DNA of 13,151 bases from Bacteroidales bacterium (lineage in GTDB: Bacteria > Bacteroidota > Bacteroidia > Bacteroidales > UBA12077): assembly GCA_028282585.1 (NCBI GenBank), contig JANQHR010000110.1, positions 1 to 13,151 of the forward strand. Reading direction: 5' to 3'. Positions 1-6,193 of the stretch are shown one piece after another (positions within the stretch are counted from its first letter, which is position 1; every line of letters begins with the position of its first letter). Both the position numbers and the translations under genes were made by a program. Under the pieces are notes generated by a model. That model made no database searches. It was not told the DNA's origin and saw nothing but the letters and a program-made list of their open reading frames with translations.

Positions 1-163
1 CAATTAATAAATATCTTACCCCTTCTATATAAATCTCTTTTATTTCTTTAGTAGGTAAAGATAGCTTATTAGCGGCTAGTTTTAATTCAGCTAACGCTAA
101 CTTACCAGACTGATTATAATAAACCCTGTTATGTCCGGGATTTTGTAATAATAAGTAATTCAT
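1..163 (-). CDS. 5' part of a CDS running off the left edge; probable TRM11-family SAM-dependent methyltransferase (partial)
   Basis: Hand translation from ATG at 163-161 is open to the edge: MNYLLLQNPGHNRVYYNQSGKLALAELKLAANKLSLPTKEIKEIYIEGVRYLLI... The NPGHNRVY..LALAEL N-terminus resembles proteins I recall annotated as TRM11-family methyltransferases. The SAM motif is outside the window, so the product call is tentative. Confidence 0.55.
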   Translation of the reverse strand, partial: MNYLLLQNPGHNRVYYNQSGKLALAELKLAANKLSLPTKEIKEIYIEGVRYLLI

Positions 164-223
164 TTTTCAATTTCGATCGCAATAATATTTATGAATTAAA
201 TTAATAACATAAAAGCAGGTATC

Positions 224-256
224 AAAAAAGGGTAAAGAATTTACCTCTTTACCCTT
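224..256 (-). terminator. Rho-independent terminator of slyD
   Basis: Perfect 11-bp inverted repeat AAGGGTAAAGA (228-238) / TCTTTACCCTT (246-256) with a 7-nt loop. The A run at 224-229 gives a U tract on the minus strand. It starts about 21 nt past the slyD stop. Confidence 0.85.
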
Positions 257-277
257 GATATTATTTTATTAGAAATC

Positions 278-763
278 TTAATGTACATGACCGTGATCAA
301 TTTCATCTTTTGTTGCATCGCGAACCTCCATAATTTCGCCAGAGAAATGTAAATCATCACCTGCTAAAGGATGGTTAAAATCCATTGTAACAGTATCATC
401 TTTAACTTCAACAACAACTCCGTTAAATTTTTGTCCTTCATTATTTTGCATTGGAATTACATTTCCTTCTGCCAACAAACCGTCTTCAATTTTACCTTCT
501 ACCTCAAACATGTTCTTAGGTAAATCCATTACAGCTTCTTCAGTTGCTTTTCCATAAGCATCTTCGCAATTTAATATAAATTCGAATTTATCTCCAGCTT
601 TAAGACCATTTAAGTTTTCCTCAAATTTAGGAAGCATTAAACCTGCTCCATATAGAAATACGAATGGTTTTTCTTCTTTTACGCTTTCTACTATATCCCC
701 TTCATTATTATCAACCCTTAATTGATAAACCAACGTAACTACTTTTTCGTTTGATACTGTCAT
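278..763 (-). CDS. slyD: FKBP-type peptidyl-prolyl cis-trans isomerase, SlyD family
   Basis: VVTLVYQL, PFVFLYGAG..LPKFEENLNGL..GD, AYG, insert-in-flap region, DFNHPLAG..LHF..EIMEVRDAT..EIDHGHVH. Confidence 0.95.
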   Translation of the reverse strand: MTVSNEKVVTLVYQLRVDNNEGDIVESVKEEKPFVFLYGAGLMLPKFEENLNGLKAGDKFEFILNCEDAYGKATEEAVMDLPKNMFEVEGKIEDGLLAEGNVIPMQNNEGQKFNGVVVEVKDDTVTMDFNHPLAGDDLHFSGEIMEVRDATKDEIDHGHVH

Positions 764-901
764 AATATTTATTTTGAATTAATAATGGTGCAAAGAAAAC
801 TTTTAATTACTAGAATAACAAATAATTAATATTTTATTGATGTTTAATAATATATGTTTAACAAATGTTTCGGTGTATAGTTTTTTTTAATTTTATGAGG
901 T

Positions 902-1966
902 ATGAAACCCATTGAGAAAAATATTTGTAAAAAAGTAGTAATCTACTATTTTTCCGGAACTGGTAATGCCAAAAATGTGGGAAAATGGATTGATCAGGAA
1001 GCACAACGTAAAAACATAAGTTCTGAACTAATTGATATAAGTAAATTAAGAAGCAGAAAAGAAATCAAGGTACCTGAAGAAGCAATGATTGGATTTTGCA
1101 GTCCTACACATGGTTTTAATTTTCCACCAATCATGTTTCATTTCTTATTGCAATTTCCAAAATCTAAACGGAATAAATGTTTTATTATAAATACACGAGC
1201 CGGAATGAAAATGGGTAAAATGTTTTTACCCGGATTAAGTGGAATGGCACAATATTTTACGGCTTTAATTTTAAAATTAAAAGGTTATAAAATAGTGGGA
1301 ATGCACCCGATTGACTTACCGTCAAATTGGATATCTTTTCACCCCGGAATTAAGAAAAATGTTGTAGATTCTATTTTTGAACGAAGGAAAAAAGAAACGG
1401 AAAAGATGGCCTTTAAGTTAATTAGTGGCAAGAAGGACCTGAGAGCTTATAAACATTTAATTCAAGACTTGGCAATAACACCAATAGCATTTATATATTA
1501 TTTGATAGGCCGTTTTGTTTTAGCAAAATCATTTTATGCATCGCGAAATTGTGCCAAATGTGATTTGTGTATAAAAAATTGCCCAATTAAGGCTATTAAA
1601 ACGATTGATAATAGACCATTTTGGACCTACAAATGCGAAAGTTGTATGCGTTGTATGAATATTTGCCCTGAAAGAGCCATTGAAACCTCTCATGGTTACA
1701 CCATCGGTATTTATTATTTGATATCTTCTTTTGTAATTGTTAAGCTCTATAAATTCTTGGGAATAAACAACTTTTTAAATGAAGTATTTCCTGAATGGCT
1801 GGTTAAAGTCTTCAAATTTTCTATTAACTCGGTTATAATAGTTCTTCTAATAATAAGTTTTTATAGAATATTCCATTTTCTGCTAAGATTCAGGATTTTC
1901 GAAAGGTTAATAGTTTATTCCTCACTAACCAAATGGAAATTTTGGAGACGTTATAAAATTAGTTAA
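902..1966 (+). CDS. EFR1-family flavodoxin-ferredoxin fusion (flavodoxin-like domain plus two [4Fe-4S] motifs) with a hydrophobic C-terminal extension
   Basis: N-terminal IYYFSGTGN (flavodoxin FMN-phosphate loop) and IGFCSPTHGF. Two CxxCxxCxxxCP motifs: CAKCDLCIKNCP and CESCMRCMNICP. Hydrophobic stretches follow the ferredoxin domain. Confidence 0.88.
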   Translation: MKPIEKNICKKVVIYYFSGTGNAKNVGKWIDQEAQRKNISSELIDISKLRSRKEIKVPEEAMIGFCSPTHGFNFPPIMFHFLLQFPKSKRNKCFIINTRAGMKMGKMFLPGLSGMAQYFTALILKLKGYKIVGMHPIDLPSNWISFHPGIKKNVVDSIFERRKKETEKMAFKLISGKKDLRAYKHLIQDLAITPIAFIYYLIGRFVLAKSFYASRNCAKCDLCIKNCPIKAIKTIDNRPFWTYKCESCMRCMNICPERAIETSHGYTIGIYYLISSFVIVKLYKFLGINNFLNEVFPEWLVKVFKFSINSVIIVLLIISFYRIFHFLLRFRIFERLIVYSSLTKWKFWRRYKIS

Positions 1967-2055
1967 ATATTTCTTATCAAAATATTTTCACGGTTAATCA
2001 ATTTTTTTTAACTATTCTTATAAGGAAACAGTATTATTATTAAAACTGTTTTTTT

Positions 2056-2346
2056 ATGGCAAAACTTAATTGTTGGGAATATAGAAAATGTGGAAGAGAA
2101 CCAGGTGGTAAAAATGCCAAAAAGTATGAAACCTGTCCGGCAACTATAAGTACCAACTATAACGGTATAAATAATGGAAAAAATGGTGGAAGGTTTTGTT
2201 GGGCAGTATCAGGTACATTTTGTGAAGGAGAACCATCAGGGACCTATACGGAAAAATTATTTGACTGCTTAAAATGTGCATTCCTAAAAAAAGTCAACGA
2301 AGAAGAACATCGAGGTTTTATTTTATCTCCTGAAAAAAAACAGTAG
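2056..2346 (+). CDS. Two-CW domain-containing small Cys-rich protein, function unknown
   Basis: NCWE..KCGREPGG, CPA, GINNGKNGGRFCW..SGTFC, CLKC.F. Seven Cys at residues 6, 12, 27, 48, 56, 71 and 74, with two CW dipeptides. Confidence 0.85.
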   Translation: MAKLNCWEYRKCGREPGGKNAKKYETCPATISTNYNGINNGKNGGRFCWAVSGTFCEGEPSGTYTEKLFDCLKCAFLKKVNEEEHRGFILSPEKKQ

Positions 2347-2686
2347 GCTTATAAGCCGGGTTCTGTTTCAACTCCCAATATATACTGGGAGGATTTCCAT
2401 CATTTATCTTAGCAACCTACCCCCCAACATCGAACGAGCAGCCCTTAATTGCTGGTATACGTGGTTTTGCAATCCAAAAGACAGACAGCATTTAGTATCG
2501 CTACTAAAACTGGTGAGCTCTTACCTCACCTTCTCACCCTTATCCTGACGGCAAGCGTCGGGACGGTTTTTTTCTTCTCTGTTACTATACCCTCGCGGAT
2601 ATCTCTCCTTTCGAGAGTTTGGTGCTCTTTATTGCCCGGACTTTCCTTACCGACAATAAATGTCGGCACGATGGAACAGCCTACTG
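2341..2686 (-). ncRNA. rnpB: RNase P RNA, bacterial type A, lacking P18
   Basis: The minus strand carries both P4 signatures: AGGAAAGUCCGGGC (2647-2634) and AACAGAACCCGGCUUA (2367-2352). Helices paired by eye: P1 CAGUAGGCU (2686-2678)/AGCCUACUG (2349-2341); P2 UUCCAUCG/UGAUGGAA; P3 UGCCGACA/UGUCGGUA; P6 pseudoknot GAGCA (2627-2623)/UGCUC (2440-2436); P8 CUCUC/GAGAG; P9 with GCGA tetraloop; P13 GGUGAG-GUAAGAG-CUCACC; P14; P19 CUCCCAGUA/UAUUGGGAG. GC content is locally raised. Confidence 0.97.
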
Positions 2687-2691
2687 CAATG

Positions 2692-2699
2692 CAAAGTTA
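2692..2699 (-). promoter_or_regulatory. Bacteroidota sigma-A -7 box (TAACTTTG) for rnpB
   Basis: Exact TAnnTTTG on the minus strand, ending 5 nt before the first P1 base. No well-spaced -33 TTTG was seen. Confidence 0.8.
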
Positions 2700-2837
2700 A
2701 TGTTTTTTACAAAACTCTTATAACCTTCTTTAAACACTAAATTCAGTCAGATAAAGTATTTTATTTTTTTTATTCACTGATTAATGATTTTTTATTACTA
2801 TTTTTCACAACCAAACCAATTACCAATCTAAATAGAA

Positions 2838-4373
2838 ATGTTGTCGAATATAAAAGAAGGCAAACTACTTGCCATAATTGTAATCATTAATTTTATTTTA
2901 AAAGCAATTCCGGCTTTCTTTCTTGAATTAGGAAATGATGAAGTTTATTACTGGACTTATGCCTTATATCCTGATATTAGCCATTTTGATCATCCTCCTT
3001 TTATCGGATATACCATACAGTTTTTCACTTTAAATTTGAGGCTGGACAATGAGTTTTTTATACGTTTAGGTGCTTTAGTCTTTTCTTCAGTAAATATTAT
3101 TATCCTTTTCTATTTAATAAAAAAGCTTTTTGATCAAACTAAAGCCTGGATTGGTATTACGTTATACATTTCATCAATTTATTTTAATATAATTGGAGGA
3201 TGGATGATTTTACCCGATACTCCTCAATTATTATTTATTTTACTTTCATTATATTTTCTTTACCCCTCTATTCTTAGGAAAAACCCGGATAGAAAAGATG
3301 ACCTTAAAATAATACTCTCCGGATTAATCATTGGATTCGCATTTTTAAGTAAATATCATTCCTTATTTATATGGTTTGGTATTGGGCTTTATATCCTGAT
3401 TTATAACAGGAATTGGCTTAAAAGACCTGCATTATATATTTCAATTATTTTGACTTTGCTTTGTATGTTACCGGTTTATTTTTGGAATCACAGTAATGAC
3501 TTTATAAGTTTCACATACCATGGTGAGCGTGTTTCATTATTCAGCAAAATAAAATGGGTATCTTTTATGCAATTTAATTTAGGTCAGATTTTCTACCATA
3601 ATCCAATCAATTTTATTTTATATGTATTAGCGATTATTTGGGTTCTAAGATCTAAAGAACAGAAGAAAAACCATATAAATATATCCTTATTACTGATTTC
3701 TTTCCCATTAATTATTGTTTTTACTTTATTCTCATTAACAAGAACAACGCTTCCTCATTGGGCAGGCCCTTCTTTTATCGGATTTGTAATTATATGTAGT
3801 CATTGGCTCGGTGAGAAATTTAAGGAGAAACCTAAATTAGTTAGAAAAAGCTTGATAAGTAGTACTTTGCTCGTATTTATAATTCTTTATCTTGGTTTTA
3901 TTCAGATTAATACTGGTTTAATCCCAATGGGAGATAAATCAGATGATCCAACCCGTTTAGGAAAATACGATTTTACAATGGATATGTACGGTTGGGAACA
4001 AACAAGAATCAAATTTGAAAATTTCTTGCAAAACGAAGGTTACACTGAAACAGATTATCCAAACATCAAGGTAATTTCAAATAAATGGTTTCCAGCAGCT
4101 CATTTAGACTATTATGTTGCTAATCCATTGAGTATAGATCTTATTTGCGTAGGAAGCCTGGCTGATATTCATAAATACTCATGGATTAATCAGGACCGAG
4201 GGAATTATGATTCCAATGATACGCTATTTTATATGACATCAAGTCAACAATTTAAAGATCCGGCCATAATTTATACTGATTTTCAGTCTGAGTTAAAAGA
4301 GATTCTTGAAATAAAAAGAAAGGGAATCCCGGTTAAGAATATCTACGTATTTCAGTTAAAACAAAAACCTTAA
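2838..4373 (+). CDS. ArnT/PMT-like (GT83/GT39, GT-C fold) polytopic membrane glycosyltransferase
   Basis: Acidic first-loop motif GNDEVYY, then HFDHPPF, ILPDTPQ, AFLSKY and LPHW. Many hydrophobic segments and a soluble C-terminal domain. Confidence 0.88.
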   Translation: MLSNIKEGKLLAIIVIINFILKAIPAFFLELGNDEVYYWTYALYPDISHFDHPPFIGYTIQFFTLNLRLDNEFFIRLGALVFSSVNIIILFYLIKKLFDQTKAWIGITLYISSIYFNIIGGWMILPDTPQLLFILLSLYFLYPSILRKNPDRKDDLKIILSGLIIGFAFLSKYHSLFIWFGIGLYILIYNRNWLKRPALYISIILTLLCMLPVYFWNHSNDFISFTYHGERVSLFSKIKWVSFMQFNLGQIFYHNPINFILYVLAIIWVLRSKEQKKNHINISLLLISFPLIIVFTLFSLTRTTLPHWAGPSFIGFVIICSHWLGEKFKEKPKLVRKSLISSTLLVFIILYLGFIQINTGLIPMGDKSDDPTRLGKYDFTMDMYGWEQTRIKFENFLQNEGYTETDYPNIKVISNKWFPAAHLDYYVANPLSIDLICVGSLADIHKYSWINQDRGNYDSNDTLFYMTSSQQFKDPAIIYTDFQSELKEILEIKRKGIPVKNIYVFQLKQKP

Positions 4374-4759
4374 GCGAAAGTAATAAAGTAGTTCATAAGA
4401 AAATTCCATATAAAAACTACTGCAGTTGCAAATATTTTAGCAATGTAAAAATTCACTTTGTACTTTAAATCAGTTAAAATAAAGATAACTAAGTTATTTA
4501 ATCCTAGCCCTATTACAGAAATAATAAAAAATGAAAGATACTCAGAGAAAACATCGGGATTATTACTACAAAATGTCCAAATTCGATTTAAAATATAGTT
4601 TGTACTTGCTGCTGTAATGAAACCAACGCTATTTGCTATATATTTTTTTACTCTGAAAATATCTTTGAACAACCAAGTAACTCCAAAGTCAATAAAAACT
4701 CCAGATCCTCCAACAATTCCGAATTTAAGAAATTTTACTAAAAAAGCTTTATCTATCAT
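4370..4759 (-). CDS. GtrA-family small membrane protein (putative lipid-linked sugar flippase)
   Basis: 129 aa with four hydrophobic segments; FLKFGIVG..G..ID, ANSVGF, NYILNRIWTF, AKIFA, WNFLMNYFITF. Confidence 0.93.
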   Translation of the reverse strand: MIDKAFLVKFLKFGIVGGSGVFIDFGVTWLFKDIFRVKKYIANSVGFITAASTNYILNRIWTFCSNNPDVFSEYLSFFIISVIGLGLNNLVIFILTDLKYKVNFYIAKIFATAVVFIWNFLMNYFITFA

Positions 4760-4911
4760 TATTTTTTGGTTCGGTATTCCTTAATATAATTTTATAGGCA
4801 TGAAAAATGAACCAAAATCGTTAACTATGCAGCTGTTAACAACATAGTTAATAAGCGAAACATAAATTTAGAAACTGTACATTTATCTTTGGTTCGGTAA
4901 TTCTATAGCAA

Positions 4912-4933
4912 CAAAATTACAATTTCAAAGGTA
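4912..4933 (-). promoter_or_regulatory. Two tandem candidate -7 boxes for the GtrA-gene transcript (TACCTTTG 4933-4926; TAATTTTG 4919-4912)
   Basis: Two exact TAnnTTTG matches on the minus strand in the Smr-GtrA intergenic region, implying a leader of about 150-160 nt. Confidence 0.55.
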
Positions 4934-4969
4934 AAATTAAATTTGAAATAACAAATTTTTAACATTGAT

Positions 4970-6028
4970 TTATTTCAGGATAACCATTGTTGCACCGTAC
5001 CCATACTCTTTAAAAGAAGCATCCTGGTAACGAATTTTAGGATATTTTCTATCCAAAGTTTTTAAGATTTCATGTTTTAGCCTGCCATTTCCAACACCAT
5101 GGATAAATACCATTTTTTGTGCTCCGGAAATAATTCCGCCATCTAATGAGGTTGTAAATCGACTCATCTGAATATCAAGCATCTCCGAATTTGAAAGATT
5201 AGAATGATCATCCACCAACTCCTGAATATGCAGATCAATCTCTTCAATTTCGTTAGCTTTTTCTCTTTTACTTCTTTTAAATTGCTTTTTTGATTCTTTA
5301 CGTTCTTTCTCTCTCTTAGCTTTAGCAATATCTTCATCCGAAATATGATCGGCCAGATTGATTCCTTCTGCAGCAGTTAACTCATAAATAAATGCATTCT
5401 CATGAAAGAAATCATTTCCACCAAAGGTATTTTGCTTAAAAAATCTGGTTGGTTTAACATTCCAGGCTTTATTAATCGGACTTAACAGGTAATAATTCCC
5501 TTTTCTAAAAAATATGAGTTGAAAGTTTAATTCCTCAAAATCATTTAATTCATTCCTCTTGATTTTACCAAGTTCAACCTTAGTATTATCCTCGAGATTG
5601 CCATAAGCAAAAAGTGACTGAAATTCATTTTCAGTTTTCGAAACAGTATAAAGCACTCTGAAATTGCTATCATTTATTAAAAAAGCCTTTAAATCAGAGT
5701 TTACCGTATCCTTTTGATTTTCAGGTACTAACGCAAATAAAATATTCGCTTTATCATCTGTATTTAGACCATCCTCCTCTAAATCCTCTTCAATATCTTC
5801 TCCCATACTCATAATTTGCGCAGGTGGGTCAATTCTTGTTTCCTCACTTTCAGTTTTATCATTAAAAACATAATCTCCTTCTATTTTTAAAAGCTCACTC
5901 ATCAAAACAGGAATTTCAAATCCATCTTCATTTAAAACTATTGCAATATTCTTGTCCTGAAATCGAACAATTTCGCCTTGCCCAACATCATTTAAAAACT
6001 TTACCTGATCACCTTTTCTAAAATTCAT
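4970..6028 (-). CDS. DUF2027 / Smr (MutS2 C-terminal-like) domain protein, putative endonuclease
   Basis: N-terminal FRKGDQVKFLNDVGQGEIV..NEDGFEIPV, central FLINDSN (DUF2027-like), C-terminal Smr with EIDLH, FIHGVGNGRLK and QDASFKEYGYGAT. Confidence 0.9.
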   Translation of the reverse strand: MNFRKGDQVKFLNDVGQGEIVRFQDKNIAIVLNEDGFEIPVLMSELLKIEGDYVFNDKTESEETRIDPPAQIMSMGEDIEEDLEEDGLNTDDKANILFALVPENQKDTVNSDLKAFLINDSNFRVLYTVSKTENEFQSLFAYGNLEDNTKVELGKIKRNELNDFEELNFQLIFFRKGNYYLLSPINKAWNVKPTRFFKQNTFGGNDFFHENAFIYELTAAEGINLADHISDEDIAKAKREKERKESKKQFKRSKREKANEIEEIDLHIQELVDDHSNLSNSEMLDIQMSRFTTSLDGGIISGAQKMVFIHGVGNGRLKHEILKTLDRKYPKIRYQDASFKEYGYGATMVILK

Positions 6029-6166
6029 TTTTTAAAAATTTGTGAATACTTAAAACGCCTAAAGTAGCTTATATAAAAAGTTCTTTTATAATAAAGAACA
6101 AGTATTTTAGTCTCTTTAAACTTTTGTTCACTATAAGTATTCGAATTAAATCCAAACAAAATTAGT

Positions 6167-6174
6167 TATTTTTG
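6167..6174 (+). promoter_or_regulatory. Candidate -7 box (TATTTTTG) for queA
   Basis: Exact TAnnTTTG ending 19 nt before the queA ATG. Confidence 0.7.
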
Positions 6175-6193
6175 CACACTCAAAAGCTAAACT

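Noticed and set aside
840-870. ATGTTT three times in the slyD/EFR1 divergent region
   Set aside because: Irregular spacing (14 and 11 nt) in extremely AT-rich DNA; not distinguishable from chance.
2449-2700. 83-aa ORF on the + strand (starts at TTG)
   Set aside because: It lies antisense to rnpB. The locally higher GC explains the lack of stops, and it has no protein motifs.
4884-4891. Exact TATCTTTG on the + strand (possible antisense promoter into the Smr gene)
   Set aside because: No downstream feature on that strand, and the 6-base motif occurs often by chance in AT-rich DNA.
4764-4899. GAACCAAA inverted repeats as an invertible (phase-variable) promoter
   Set aside because: The arms are only 8-9 bp, the candidate -7 boxes for the GtrA gene lie outside the would-be invertible segments, and there is no recombinase in the window. 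RNA pairing explains them better.
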